64,000 nt of DNA. It comes from Escherichia phage vB_EcoM-Ro121c4YLVW. The position numbers and the translations under genes were made by a program. Below the pieces are notes generated by a model, which was given only the letters and a program-made list of their open reading frames with translations, ran no database searches and was not told where the DNA came from. Below are positions 8,937 through 20,082 of the stretch, piece after piece. Where the stretch lies: the sequence record NC_052654.1. One strand, 5' to 3'. Numbering within the stretch: the first letter of the stretch is position 1; each line of letters starts with the position of its first letter.

Positions 8937-11090
8937 CTATATATAAAATTTTTGTGTTGTTACTAAATCTTCTCCAGATTTAGTAGCTAATGTAATTCCA
9001 CTTATGGTAGCAATCTCAACATTTGCTTGTTTAAGAGTGATATCTTGCAAATAACAATTCAAAGGCACATTACCCATATAGAAAACTTGGGATTGAGAAT
9101 TAACTACCGTGATGGAATCATGCATTATTTGAGGATAGGCCCATATATATTGTGTAAGCCCATTGAACTTATTGGCGTTCAACACTATATTACCTATAAT
9201 CATTTTCCAAAGATACGTGCGGTAGTTTGATTCAGGATCGAAGCCATACAAAGGTGCAAGAGTAGCATCTGGAACAAAACCCGAAAGATAGTGAATATCA
9301 GAATATTCAAAACCTAATTTTTCATGTGGTATGGTAATTGCATCGAATGCTTTCATCATTTTACCTTCCAGAAGCCAGTCGTAACACTCTGAACAGTAAA
9401 AATCAAAAGTTTCAGGAATGTAGTAATCAGACGGAAAGTTAACTTTCTCCATCAAACCGTTGCCAATAATTGACGGTAAGAACGGAAGCAATGTTACTTT
9501 AGCCCCTGGATAAGTTGCTCTGGTGTCTGTTGCAAACTTTGTAACTCTTAACCCTAGTTTACGAGACAAAAATGCATAGTATTCGTCAAATGGTGTTCCT
9601 GTTTTATAATTATCTATTGTTCCTGCATCTTGTGCAAATAAGCCTGTTTCTGTATTGAATGCCAGTTTGGTAGTGTAATCATATATACAAGGCATTTTAC
9701 TTGCTGTATTATACCACCACCAAGGTTCACCAATTTGAATGACGACTGGAATATTGTTAGCTTGAGAAATAGATGCTATTTTGTTAATAACATTTTGCAA
9801 ATATTCCATGCCTTCGTCAATAGTTGGAGACAACACGTAACTAGGAGGCTTATACCCTGTTGCTGCAAGAGCATCGTTCCAATCATGCTGGACCCATTCA
9901 ACAGGACAAACTGTGCTCATCAACTCAAAACTTAAAGAGTTCATTATTGTGTAACCCTTCTCGTTCGCTATAGAATGGAAACTATTTAGCCAAGCTTCTG
10001 TAGCTGGATTCAGGAAGACAGATCTATTTAAAGCCCAAGATGTTCCGTTCCATGAGAACTCATAATAGTGAGACATTCCGTTGTAATGGTTAATCATTCC
10101 ACGATAACCTAGTGCATATGTATTATAAATAACTCTCTCTGGAGTCAGGTTATACATATCATCATAAGATGTGCACATGCGAATATCATGTTCAGGCTGG
10201 ACAAGGTTGCTGACTTTCATCATACTGTAACCAGAAGTAGGTTCAAGAAGAGTGAAAGTAAACCAAGCCTCTTGACTGGCAATAGGTACAATCTCTTCTA
10301 TTTCTTCATACCTTGCTGTAATCAAAGAGAAGAAAATATTATCTACAGCACTCATATCCAAAGGAATATCATTATTAGGGCCAGAAAAGATATTACCAAA
10401 ATCTAACTTTATTGTGGCTGTTTTACCATCTTCTGAAATATCTGAAGCGTAGAATCCTAAACTGACATAATGAACACTTTTATCCAGGAGAGTTACAGTC
10501 AAAGTCGGCACCAAAGGTTCTTCTTTAAAACCTGGCATGTTTTGACTAATTTCCATTTTAAACCAAAGTTTCTCTGAACTTAAATCTGTGTGAGGCAAAT
10601 ACCCAACACCTTTATGGTCATATTTGTCAACTGTGCTCCAAATAACCCCTGCCAAACCTGCTGTTGTTCTGTTTACAAATCTTGCAGTAAAAGAGTCTCC
10701 ATGAGATACAATAGAACAACTTTCCGTTGCTTGAGAATCTATTGTCCAATACATAGGAGAGAACATTTTAACGTCTTTTGTAGTCCAAGTTATTGGAGTA
10801 GTATTTTCTTGGATAGTAGTTATAATACAATTGATGGTTGTTTCAACCATCATGTTATTTTGACTAATCCCTGAAACTTGGAGGGAGAAGTTAAGATCTA
10901 TTGAGTTCTTTGGTCGTTCAAATACTTCAACCACAATAGTAGCAGAATCAGCATCATCAGGGAACACAAGTGTTCCCGATTTTGCAATATAATCTCTACC
11001 AGCGACTGCTGTTCCGTCAACAGTCGTGTAGTTAAATGAACTCGCATTTACTCTCTTGTCTCGCGTGACAGTAAATATAGCTTGTTTCAT
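8937..11090 (-). CDS. large virion structural protein (tail fiber/baseplate associated)
   Basis: 717 aa ORF in tail module. Confidence 0.5.
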   Translation of the reverse strand: MKQAIFTVTRDKRVNASSFNYTTVDGTAVAGRDYIAKSGTLVFPDDADSATIVVEVFERPKNSIDLNFSLQVSGISQNNMMVETTINCIITTIQENTTPITWTTKDVKMFSPMYWTIDSQATESCSIVSHGDSFTARFVNRTTAGLAGVIWSTVDKYDHKGVGYLPHTDLSSEKLWFKMEISQNMPGFKEEPLVPTLTVTLLDKSVHYVSLGFYASDISEDGKTATIKLDFGNIFSGPNNDIPLDMSAVDNIFFSLITARYEEIEEIVPIASQEAWFTFTLLEPTSGYSMMKVSNLVQPEHDIRMCTSYDDMYNLTPERVIYNTYALGYRGMINHYNGMSHYYEFSWNGTSWALNRSVFLNPATEAWLNSFHSIANEKGYTIMNSLSFELMSTVCPVEWVQHDWNDALAATGYKPPSYVLSPTIDEGMEYLQNVINKIASISQANNIPVVIQIGEPWWWYNTASKMPCIYDYTTKLAFNTETGLFAQDAGTIDNYKTGTPFDEYYAFLSRKLGLRVTKFATDTRATYPGAKVTLLPFLPSIIGNGLMEKVNFPSDYYIPETFDFYCSECYDWLLEGKMMKAFDAITIPHEKLGFEYSDIHYLSGFVPDATLAPLYGFDPESNYRTYLWKMIIGNIVLNANKFNGLTQYIWAYPQIMHDSITVVNSQSQVFYMGNVPLNCYLQDITLKQANVEIATISGITLATKSGEDLVTTQKFYI

Positions 11091-11098
11091 TTTACCCC

Positions 11099-13975
11099 TT
11101 ACTCGGTAACGTCCACACTAATGTTTGCCATTGTCAAAACAGTAAGTGCAGGAATATTGCTCGAATCCAAAACAGGTAATGCATTTTGGGGATTAAGTTT
11201 TTTGTATAAAGCATACAACCCAAAACCACGTAACAACTCTCCAGCGTGGAAGCCAAAGAAGACTCCGTTATCACTGTCTGGTCTAGGAGCAGCACTCCAA
11301 CAACCATTCATAACGTGATTAGGACCAAGAACAATATAGTTTTCCTGAATAAGTTCAAAACAGCGGTCTGCTACTATTTTAATGTTAGGAATTTCTGAAT
11401 CATATCCAGCCATCCCCATTATAGCACATCCCGCCATAAAGAGCGCAGACATGTGACTTGTAAAATCATCTACAGGCGCAGCCACTTCTCCATTGGGATA
11501 AAATATTGTTGGTGTTCTTCCTTCGTTGTTATCTTGGAACCACTTCAGATAGTTGATCCAGTTTTTACAAACTGTTAAAAGTTTTTCAGGAACTTCTGCT
11601 CCTCGTTGTTTCAGTTCGTATACTGTATGACACGCACAGAAGAATGCTCGTGCTTCATAACCATCCCAAGCTTTATCGTTCCAATGATACATTGTGAACT
11701 CATTCTTGTTTCCGTATTTATGAGCATCCCAACGATCCCAAACATAAGCTTGTGCCATTGGCCCAGGCATCACAGGGGCAAACTTATTATAAAACCACAT
11801 TTGTGAATCATATAAAAAGTCTATACTGTTGTTCATACGAACCCAGTCAATATCTCTCCCTTTAAAACAATATAAGGATGGGTATTGATAACCTGGGTAA
11901 GGAATACCACGCCAACCGTCATATAATGCTGTGTTAGGATCACTAATATTGGAAAATGGAATGATTCCTGGAGTATAATTCAAACTGTCAAGTTTATAGT
12001 CCAGTATTGTACAATCTCCAAGTTTTGCTGTATAAGGATTTTCAGATGAAACTGTAACCCTGAAATACATTGTGTAATCATCGCCAGCGGCTGAAGAATA
12101 CAAAGATGGGATATCGTTAACGCAATAAAAGTCGATTGCCCCTGTCAAGCCATTTGCAGGTTCAGAATCCAATGCAATGTTGATCTGATCAACAGTAGTC
12201 AGGTTTATTGACGAAGGTTTTGTCTCTGTGTCATTGTGATTAGGTTGCCAAGTGCTTAATTTGAAATCAGCAGGACTTAAAGCTTTAGTAACCCATGCAG
12301 AATTTGTTTTTTCTAACATGGCCCACCATCTCCAACCTGCGGAATCCGTAATAGTGATGTTAAAATCATCTGCGTATGAACGATATGTAATAGATTTTAA
12401 ATTGGCTGTTTTAGTTGGTGTTAACCAAAACCCAACAGTAAAACCACCATCTGAATCCATATTAGCAGAAACTATCTGATCACTATTTGTCCCAGCAATA
12501 CCAGTTGCATATTTATATTGTATCACAGTATTGCTTCCCCAGTCAACAATAATTCTGGGTTCAGCAATAATATATACACCACCTCCAGGAGGTTCGGTGC
12601 GCATAAAACTAGATAAAGGTATATCCATCTTAGTCATATTAGCTGCACCAAGAGGTAAGCCACAACGATATGTCACTGTGTCTGTTTCACTCTTAGTTTT
12701 GCTTAATTCTAGCTCTGGACGGAAAAGAACACCTTCCCCTGCATCATCTACACCTTGAAACTCAATACGCAGTTTTGAATTCTGATCTACTCTGAACCAA
12801 ACTGCCTGTTGTTCTAGAGTTGTTTGTGCTGAAACATCTTGGCGAATTACTGTGTATCCTAATTCGTCACGAGAATATTTAGGTATTGCTGTAGATGGGT
12901 ATGAGTAATCATACGAGATACCATCTGTAAAAGGAATTATTGCTGTCGTAGATCTACGGAAGAATTTATCAAACATATCGATGTTTGAGTAGTCTTGACA
13001 CAACAATAAAGAAGATTGCCAGCAAAGCCAGTATTTTCTCTCTCCTGTGATCTGATACATCAAGTAGTTTGCATCACACCACCACGTTTCAGCATCGGAA
13101 GCATTATCTTGATAGCCTAACTCTACCGGAACGTTTACAGGACGGTTATGCCACATCTCATTACGCTTAAGCAGATATCCACCGTGTTCTACAGGATTGC
13201 ATGTAGCGTAGTTGAATTTATAGTCCCCGTTCACAGAAGCATTTTTAAGTTGCACTGTTCCATATTCTGCAAAGCTATGACCAGTAGATAAAATGTTACC
13301 ATCCCAATCAACTTTACGTCCTAGACGGTCTATAATCCATTCAACGTCCCACTGATCTCCATATTCTTTCCAGTTGGTTGAACCATCTGGGTTAGTTGCA
13401 TAAACTGTTGCGTTAACGGAGTTCCAACCAAGATTGCCATTGAAAGCAAACCAAGCTTTATCTAAGTATTCCCCCCAATGCGGTGCACCTTTAGGAATAA
13501 CAGTCCTTCCGTTAATCCAAGTCATCATGCTACCTTTGAACCCGCCGTGCGTAGGATACCCATCATCTGTGAGAGGGTAATGTGCTAAACGTGGTTCTTT
13601 ACCATTGATGATCCAGTTGGGACGATATTTAGCTGGAGGATCAGGAATAGGTTGGCCCCCGAAGAAGTGATCTATGTAGGCTTGCCAATACTTCTCGGCA
13701 GATTCAAGATATTTTTTATCCCCTGTAGCCAAATATGTATAAGCAAAACCAGTGATAAGCACAGATTGACCTTCGGTAGTAGCGTCACCGTTTGGTTGCC
13801 CTTCCTGCGCTGTCCAGTTAATAAAGTGTCTGTTGTTCGCCAATACGTTTTGTGGGTTGATAATGTAATGCTGAACCGTAGGATCTATGGTAAGCCCAGT
13901 ATTTCTTTCCAAAAACTGAACCAACCCTTCAATCAACTGAAACGTGTTGTCAATATTGTGCTTAACTTTTGACAT
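11099..13975 (-). CDS. large virion structural protein (baseplate/tail fiber component)
   Basis: 958 aa ORF, Trp/Tyr/Asn-rich. Confidence 0.5.
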   Translation of the reverse strand: MSKVKHNIDNTFQLIEGLVQFLERNTGLTIDPTVQHYIINPQNVLANNRHFINWTAQEGQPNGDATTEGQSVLITGFAYTYLATGDKKYLESAEKYWQAYIDHFFGGQPIPDPPAKYRPNWIINGKEPRLAHYPLTDDGYPTHGGFKGSMMTWINGRTVIPKGAPHWGEYLDKAWFAFNGNLGWNSVNATVYATNPDGSTNWKEYGDQWDVEWIIDRLGRKVDWDGNILSTGHSFAEYGTVQLKNASVNGDYKFNYATCNPVEHGGYLLKRNEMWHNRPVNVPVELGYQDNASDAETWWCDANYLMYQITGERKYWLCWQSSLLLCQDYSNIDMFDKFFRRSTTAIIPFTDGISYDYSYPSTAIPKYSRDELGYTVIRQDVSAQTTLEQQAVWFRVDQNSKLRIEFQGVDDAGEGVLFRPELELSKTKSETDTVTYRCGLPLGAANMTKMDIPLSSFMRTEPPGGGVYIIAEPRIIVDWGSNTVIQYKYATGIAGTNSDQIVSANMDSDGGFTVGFWLTPTKTANLKSITYRSYADDFNITITDSAGWRWWAMLEKTNSAWVTKALSPADFKLSTWQPNHNDTETKPSSINLTTVDQINIALDSEPANGLTGAIDFYCVNDIPSLYSSAAGDDYTMYFRVTVSSENPYTAKLGDCTILDYKLDSLNYTPGIIPFSNISDPNTALYDGWRGIPYPGYQYPSLYCFKGRDIDWVRMNNSIDFLYDSQMWFYNKFAPVMPGPMAQAYVWDRWDAHKYGNKNEFTMYHWNDKAWDGYEARAFFCACHTVYELKQRGAEVPEKLLTVCKNWINYLKWFQDNNEGRTPTIFYPNGEVAAPVDDFTSHMSALFMAGCAIMGMAGYDSEIPNIKIVADRCFELIQENYIVLGPNHVMNGCWSAAPRPDSDNGVFFGFHAGELLRGFGLYALYKKLNPQNALPVLDSSNIPALTVLTMANISVDVTE

Positions 13976-14448
13976 TAAATAACTCCTGCTAAAACTAAGC
14001 TACCTGTCCAAGTTGCTCCATTATCATAACTGATAAACTCAAAAGTGTCTGTTGCACCTTGACGATAACTCAAAACTGGGGAACGACCAAAACTCCATTT
14101 TACAGAAGAAGGCCATACGACTTTATTTGCACCACTTCCTTGACGCAAAGCTAAAGTAAAGTTTAAAACTGCATTTGTTGCTACTGGAATATTAGTAAAA
14201 CTAATTGTGCACGTTGCAGAAGATAAAGTTGCTGAAAAATATTCTGCCGAACTAATATCTAATGCCAGGGTGCTAGTTACTGTTCCCCGTGCATTCAGAC
14301 GGTTTCTAGTTACCCCTGCACCACTCAACAACACTTTCAAAGAAGTTTTCTTTGTTATTCCAGCCTGATCTGTTACAAAGAAATCTGTATCAGACACAGA
14401 GGTTGTTTGTGTAAGATCAGAAATTTTGATCGTAGTTAAATCTGCCAT
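13975..14448 (-). CDS. putative baseplate protein
   Basis: 157 aa ORF, start overlaps upstream stop. Confidence 0.45.
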   Translation of the reverse strand: MADLTTIKISDLTQTTSVSDTDFFVTDQAGITKKTSLKVLLSGAGVTRNRLNARGTVTSTLALDISSAEYFSATLSSATCTISFTNIPVATNAVLNFTLALRQGSGANKVVWPSSVKWSFGRSPVLSYRQGATDTFEFISYDNGATWTGSLVLAGVI

Positions 14449-15074
14449 TACTCTTCTACTCCTGTCATAGCTGTTATACCGAAATTATTGTTTGTAGCTA
14501 ATGCATCACCTTTTTCGTTAACCATGATTCTTTCCACTGCTGACTCTGTAGACCATTCATTCCACCAAGTAGAGTAGGTATCACGTGGCAAACCAACAAA
14601 GTTGATAAAGCGATAAAGTCTATTCGAATTCTCAACAATACTGTAAGCTTCACAAATGATCGCTGCATTGTCTTCACCAGCTTCAGGGTAAATAAACTCT
14701 TCAGAAGGTTGAGTATTGAATATAGATGTTACTGTATCTGCTCCTACTGTTACCATAACTGTCATTGAGTAATAACGTTGATCCATATCATAAGCAGATT
14801 TATAACTGTTTATTGTATCTATGTAAACGTTTTTGGCAATCTCTGCTAAAAATATTCTGTCTACAATATCTTTCTTTCTAGCAACACCAATAATCTCTTG
14901 TAAGTAAGGAACACCGAAGTTAGTATTTAAAAACCACTCCCCACGATACGTGTTCAGAGTTATCCCAAGAGTTTGTGCTGCAATTTCTGTTCTGGTTGTA
15001 GTGAGGACCAAATCCCCATCATCCATGATGAGGTCGTTGTTTGGCCCAAGTTTTAAGTCAAAAGGGATTCCCAT
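14448..15074 (-). CDS. putative baseplate wedge protein
   Basis: 208 aa ORF between spike-like gene and wedge genes. Confidence 0.4.
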   Translation of the reverse strand: MGIPFDLKLGPNNDLIMDDGDLVLTTTRTEIAAQTLGITLNTYRGEWFLNTNFGVPYLQEIIGVARKKDIVDRIFLAEIAKNVYIDTINSYKSAYDMDQRYYSMTVMVTVGADTVTSIFNTQPSEEFIYPEAGEDNAAIICEAYSIVENSNRLYRFINFVGLPRDTYSTWWNEWSTESAVERIMVNEKGDALATNNNFGITAMTGVEE

Positions 15075-15075
15075 G

Positions 15076-15810
15076 TTAGGCTCCTGTTGGTTTTAAGGAC
15101 TCGGCACTTGAGTTACCGCTCTGAATGTTACGAACCGTGTGCGTGTGAGTATGGAATCCGATGCCATTACCATCTGTCATCAAACCGTTCTGATCTATTT
15201 TAAGACCATTGATATCTGCCACGCCGCCTTTGAAAGTTAAATTACCACCTTTTAGATCCAAAGTCCCTATGCCATCTGTAATAGTAATACCGGAGGTAGT
15301 AATATCTATTTTCATCCCTTGACTATTCCATATTGAAATATTACCTGTAGGGTCGAAAGAAGCGTACGTGTTTTTGTTATTAGAAATAACTACCTTTTCA
15401 GAATCTACAGCTTCTGTTGAATCTGTTCCTGTAGCTATTTTGGGAATAAAACAAATAGGGTATAATCCACAAGGCTGCATAAAAGTGGATGATGAAGAGG
15501 TTTCTCCACTAGTTTGCAGTGCATTAGAAGGATCTCTTTCAGAAAATATAACAGTTCCTAAATCGCCAGCTTTAATAGGGAATGAGATTCTTCCTGTCCC
15601 ACCCCCATTAACCATAAAAGGAACATCTTCAAAAGTAGGATAATCTATTTCATCTTCACTAGATCGTGTGTTTTTAACAATAGATTCTAAAGTGACAGTT
15701 TTAGCACCATAATTAACGCCAGTCACACGGACTGGCAGGGCTGTATGGACTTCTGCTAATTGTTCTGTCATTAAGCCACGCATTGCTGTGACAAAATTCA
15801 ATGCATCCAT
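15076..15810 (-). CDS. baseplate central spike protein (gpV-like) with C-terminal HxHxH motif
   Basis: 244 aa; Gly-rich C-terminal segment ending GIGFHTHTHTV, resembling metal-binding apex of P2 gpV-type spikes. Confidence 0.45.
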   Translation of the reverse strand: MDALNFVTAMRGLMTEQLAEVHTALPVRVTGVNYGAKTVTLESIVKNTRSSEDEIDYPTFEDVPFMVNGGGTGRISFPIKAGDLGTVIFSERDPSNALQTSGETSSSSTFMQPCGLYPICFIPKIATGTDSTEAVDSEKVVISNNKNTYASFDPTGNISIWNSQGMKIDITTSGITITDGIGTLDLKGGNLTFKGGVADINGLKIDQNGLMTDGNGIGFHTHTHTVRNIQSGNSSAESLKPTGA

Positions 15811-16820
15811 TATTTCTCCTTAGTCATTATTTCAGACACGGATACACATTCCACTTCAGTAACCCACTCTTTACCTTCTTTATCTCCGTTGTGAGAAACA
15901 GAAACTACTTTAAATGGACCATCATAATCTCGGCTTTTTAACCAGATTGTTTTTTCTGGTAATATTGCACCATTCATTTGGCATTTGAATTTAACACCAT
16001 CTGTAGGTTTCTTTGCCTTCTTAGAGGACTTGGTAACTTTTTTAGTAGGTTTTATATCGTTGTGGAATGGTTCTGGACTTCCTATCAGACCAGTTTCAGG
16101 GCTAATATAGGCGCTACGTGCACTAGACATTTGTGAACGAGGAGTGACATAAACAGATCCATCTTGTATTGACACATTGTGATCAATACTTTTACAAATA
16201 TGTTCTAGGTAATGTGAAGTGTTTCCACACATAGCTGTTGCTGAGGATAAGGTTTGATCATTATCTACGTGTATATTACCTTCTGTAGTTCCTAAATCCT
16301 TTACCAAATCTGTCACAACACGTTTGATTTTAGTTCCTTTTGGATAACTGCGGCTTGTTCTTGCTTCTGCAATGTTAATACCGCCATCCAAACAGTGTAA
16401 AGTGGTTTTCCTGTCTACCGAGTCAAAAGTGTCACTAACCCACTGGATAGTTCCTTTGAAGACCATAACCAACTCTTCACCTTCGTATCCTACCGCTAAA
16501 GCAACAGCCAAGTTATTTCGGATACCACGGTTTATATAGTTAACAGTATCATCCGAAAGGTTATAAACTACAATCTCTGCTTGGTTAGGATCTTTGTTAT
16601 TATCTTTCTTAATACTGAAGGTTATTTGATGGTCTTGCAACAAATACAAATTAGAAGAGGATTTTTCTGTTGTTCCTAACTTGGTATCCAAATCTACTGT
16701 AGATTTAAATGCCGAGTTCTTAGTTCTCTTCTGTATTGTGTTTGTGGCAGAACCAATTAATAATTTGTATGCCCTGTTTAAATTAGGGGCAGGAGCTTTT
16801 GTATACTCTCTTTCTGCCAT
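15810..16820 (-). CDS. putative baseplate hub protein
   Basis: 336 aa ORF upstream of spike gene; assignment by position. Confidence 0.4.
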   Translation of the reverse strand: MAEREYTKAPAPNLNRAYKLLIGSATNTIQKRTKNSAFKSTVDLDTKLGTTEKSSSNLYLLQDHQITFSIKKDNNKDPNQAEIVVYNLSDDTVNYINRGIRNNLAVALAVGYEGEELVMVFKGTIQWVSDTFDSVDRKTTLHCLDGGINIAEARTSRSYPKGTKIKRVVTDLVKDLGTTEGNIHVDNDQTLSSATAMCGNTSHYLEHICKSIDHNVSIQDGSVYVTPRSQMSSARSAYISPETGLIGSPEPFHNDIKPTKKVTKSSKKAKKPTDGVKFKCQMNGAILPEKTIWLKSRDYDGPFKVVSVSHNGDKEGKEWVTEVECVSVSEIMTKEK

Positions 16821-16829
16821 ATTATCTCC

Positions 16830-17243
16830 TTACGCCTGATTAGGTTTGTTATCAATATAAACCAATACAAAACGTTTATCTCGACCTGTAGTTGTATACC
16901 CAGGACGACCATTAATCTTAACTGTATCTACTATATACAATTGACCATCTGGCACACTTTCAAGATATTTATAAGGTTTAAGAAGATCTAAACCATTTGT
17001 AACTTTGAAACTTATACTTGGATCATCTCCAGATAATCCTATCTGACATTGCCAAGACTCGTCCCTCGTGTTCCACCTTAAACGAATGTCATAATCAACT
17101 CCATCCAATGTAACTGTATATGTTTGATCAGGGTACTCTTCAGTTTTCAGATACCATGCAAAATAAGTAGAATGGTCCTCCAGATAAACTGCACTGTAGC
17201 CAGTATTACTTGTAGACCTTGTTGTTTTAGAATAAGTTGTCAC
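16830..17243 (-). CDS. hypothetical tail protein
   Basis: 137 aa ORF. Confidence 0.45.
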   Translation of the reverse strand: MTTYSKTTRSTSNTGYSAVYLEDHSTYFAWYLKTEEYPDQTYTVTLDGVDYDIRLRWNTRDESWQCQIGLSGDDPSISFKVTNGLDLLKPYKYLESVPDGQLYIVDTVKINGRPGYTTTGRDKRFVLVYIDNKPNQA

Positions 17244-17245
17244 TA

Positions 17246-17947
17246 TTAACCTCCGTTGTTTGTTGGGGTATTAGTAGCTTCAGCAGTTCTTACTGTAATA
17301 TCTGACTTAGGACCATTAGAAGCGACTTGACCTTTCACATCACCACCAGTTGACTTATTTGGTGCTGTTTTTACAGCAATAGCATTAGTAGTGGCCTTAG
17401 AGACTAGACGAATTTGTTCGAACTCTAAATCAAATTGCATAGCAAATTCAGATTTATAATCATAAGAGTAGCCTTTCAGAATAACATTTTCAAAAGTCCT
17501 GTGTTCTGTCAAAAGAACTATTGGTTGTCTTGACTCAAATATTTGATCTAGATATTCTATTGCTTGAGAAATCCTTGCCCCATTTACACCTGCACTGTAT
17601 AATTGATCTCGCATAAGCCGAATTGGTGTTTCGGTAATTATACCTGAAAGTTTAAATCTGTTGTTTTTTATTTGAACGTGGTCACTTACATCCGATCCTG
17701 ATTCTACTGGAAAACTTGTAACATCTGCCTCACGAGTTACACCTACTTCAGGGACCGAATCGAAAGTAATTGCTTTAAAGTTTTGAATGTATTGATCACT
17801 TGAACTATTATAAACACTTGCTAAAATGCAGAAACCATTATCACCCTTTACAGTAGATGCCGAGGTATTTTTATTCTCGGTAGAGTTGATTTCCTGTTCT
17901 GCCTTATAGACGGCTCTCACCGACTGTTGTGGAGTCATTGCTGCCAT
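17246..17947 (-). CDS. hypothetical tail protein
   Basis: 233 aa ORF downstream of tape measure gene. Confidence 0.45.
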   Translation of the reverse strand: MAAMTPQQSVRAVYKAEQEINSTENKNTSASTVKGDNGFCILASVYNSSSDQYIQNFKAITFDSVPEVGVTREADVTSFPVESGSDVSDHVQIKNNRFKLSGIITETPIRLMRDQLYSAGVNGARISQAIEYLDQIFESRQPIVLLTEHRTFENVILKGYSYDYKSEFAMQFDLEFEQIRLVSKATTNAIAVKTAPNKSTGGDVKGQVASNGPKSDITVRTAEATNTPTNNGG

Positions 17948-18044
17948 GATAACCTCGTAGTAATGATAATGCCAAAAGGAAGATGCAAGATCTTCCCATA
18001 TTGATTATTGTAACACATATAGAAACTTCGTGTCAAGGGAAACG

Positions 18045-18066
18045 AAAAAACCCCGCCGAAGCGAGG
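18045..18066 (-). terminator. intrinsic terminator
   Basis: minus-sense CCTCGC-TTCG-GCGGGG followed by TTTTTT, downstream of tape measure gene. Confidence 0.6.
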
Positions 18067-18073
18067 TATTTTA

Positions 18074-20062
18074 TTAACCACCAGTGTTAGATTGTCCACT
18101 TAGAGTTGAAAGAGACAAACGTTGGAAAATGCTATTTCCGCTATTTTGAATTCTTGCATCAAGAATATTTCCAAACTCTGAAGAAGGGCTGATCGTAACT
18201 TTGATAAGATCACTTGGTATTGCTACCGTATTCTCAACAACAGGTTGATTACGAGCCAAACTTACGTTAGGTGTATAGGCTGATTCACGTAAATCTTCAA
18301 GAGGATTACCAAATCCAAAAGCACGTGTCCTTGTTTGTTCTCCTCTCCACATACGACCAATGTCTTGTGTATCAATACCTGTTAAATTGTACAACCAATC
18401 TGCTACAGGATTGCTGTCTCCACTTTGCGTTGCCTCGTATGCTTTTTGTGCCATAGATTTATTAGGATCTGTGTTGTCTCCGAATGTATCTGGGAATGTT
18501 TCTTTAAGCCAATTGGTAAAAGATCCGAAACCATCTCCCAACTCTTTAGCAAAACCTCCTAATTGAACTGTTGTCTTACCGAGTTCTTCACCTAAATCTT
18601 TGGCAAACTGATCTAGCACTTTAACGTTATCCAACCAAGAATCATCTTTAGGTAAGGCTTTCACAAAACCCTCTAAGAAGTGGTTCTGCATACCTTGACC
18701 TACAAGCTGAACTGTTGCAGCAAAACGAGTAAACTCTTTAGAAGCATCTATTTGTTCTTGAGTTAATGTTGCACCTGTTCTTTGAAGCATTTTCAATACT
18801 TCATTATACCCTTCGCCGTTTTTACTAAACATACGTTGGTAGTGCATAAGGTCATCACCAAGGTTTTCAAGAAGTCGCCCGATTTGAGCAGAGTTCATAC
18901 CTCGACGCTCACCTTCATTAACAGTAGCCTGAATAAAAGCTAAAGGATCGTTCTGTAAAGGTTTAAGCTGTTCTGGATTCCATCCAAACAAGTTCATAAT
19001 GTCATTTATGCCATTATCACCGCCTTTCCACTTCCCTTCTTTTTCATTCCACTTTGCAGCTAAAACGGTATTACCAAGACGTTCACGAACGTCTTTAATA
19101 TTATCTATTGATTTAATAATATTTGCAGAGTCTACACCGTTCTGTTCACCCCAAGCCGTCATTGCCAAAATAGCGTTGGCGTTTGTCTGAACGTTTTCAG
19201 CACCACGGCTTACAAGTTTAATTCTTTCGTTAGTATTCATCAACGTGTTACCAACTACAGAACCACCTGCAAACAGACCAGCACCTATCAAAGAGGATGC
19301 AATCATACGTGGATTAAGACCTGCTGCACCTTCTTTTAATTGTCCGTATCTACGATCACGATCACGTTTCTGTTGAGCTAATTCACGCTTACGGTTGCGT
19401 TCTATATCTCTAAGTTCACGATTTCGCATACGTATACGCATTTTAGCTTCTGCTTCTAGCTCTCTACGAATACGGCGACGACCGCGAACCTCGTCTTCTA
19501 TTTCAGCATTCTTTTCACGATGAGATCTGCGTAAAGCATCCAACTGGTGAGCAAGAGCTTGGTTCATACGTTGAAGAGTTATTTCACCCTTTTTGTATTG
19601 CTCTACAGCTTTACCCATAACGTCCCTAGCTTCTTGCATAGCGCCAGGACTGGCTTTACTAAATGCTCTTGCTCTGTAGTTAAAGTTCTGCAAACGAAGA
19701 TTACCTAAATCTTCCCTACGTGCTGCTGCTTTAGCTTCGCGTTCAGCAGCTTTACGAGCTTTTTCTTCTTCTCTTCCTTGCGGGGTTTTAGGAGTTCTAG
19801 GTCTACCAGATCCTCCTACAGGAGCACCCGCTCCAGCGGGAGTAGGTGCTCGCATAGGTTTTTGACTTTGAGTTTGAGCTTTCTTAAGTTCACGCTCAAT
19901 CTCTTTCATTTGTTGTCTAAACTTGGTCATGTTCATAGTGGGTTGCATTTTATTTGCAAACTTCTGAACACTCAACACGGCATCTTTTGCTTCCTTGAGA
20001 CTGTTCTTGTCCACCTTAAACGTAACCACGTTACTAATTTTGGAGGCGTTAATTTCTAACAA
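18074..20062 (-). CDS. tail tape measure protein
   Basis: 662 aa; Arg/Lys/Glu-rich coiled coil (RRIRRELEAEAKMRIRMRNRELRDIERNRKRELAQQKRDRDRR); located after chaperone pair. Confidence 0.7.
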   Translation of the reverse strand: MLEINASKISNVVTFKVDKNSLKEAKDAVLSVQKFANKMQPTMNMTKFRQQMKEIERELKKAQTQSQKPMRAPTPAGAGAPVGGSGRPRTPKTPQGREEEKARKAAEREAKAAARREDLGNLRLQNFNYRARAFSKASPGAMQEARDVMGKAVEQYKKGEITLQRMNQALAHQLDALRRSHREKNAEIEDEVRGRRRIRRELEAEAKMRIRMRNRELRDIERNRKRELAQQKRDRDRRYGQLKEGAAGLNPRMIASSLIGAGLFAGGSVVGNTLMNTNERIKLVSRGAENVQTNANAILAMTAWGEQNGVDSANIIKSIDNIKDVRERLGNTVLAAKWNEKEGKWKGGDNGINDIMNLFGWNPEQLKPLQNDPLAFIQATVNEGERRGMNSAQIGRLLENLGDDLMHYQRMFSKNGEGYNEVLKMLQRTGATLTQEQIDASKEFTRFAATVQLVGQGMQNHFLEGFVKALPKDDSWLDNVKVLDQFAKDLGEELGKTTVQLGGFAKELGDGFGSFTNWLKETFPDTFGDNTDPNKSMAQKAYEATQSGDSNPVADWLYNLTGIDTQDIGRMWRGEQTRTRAFGFGNPLEDLRESAYTPNVSLARNQPVVENTVAIPSDLIKVTISPSSEFGNILDARIQNSGNSIFQRLSLSTLSGQSNTGG

Positions 20063-20082
20063 AGTATGTTCCTCGTGTTGGA

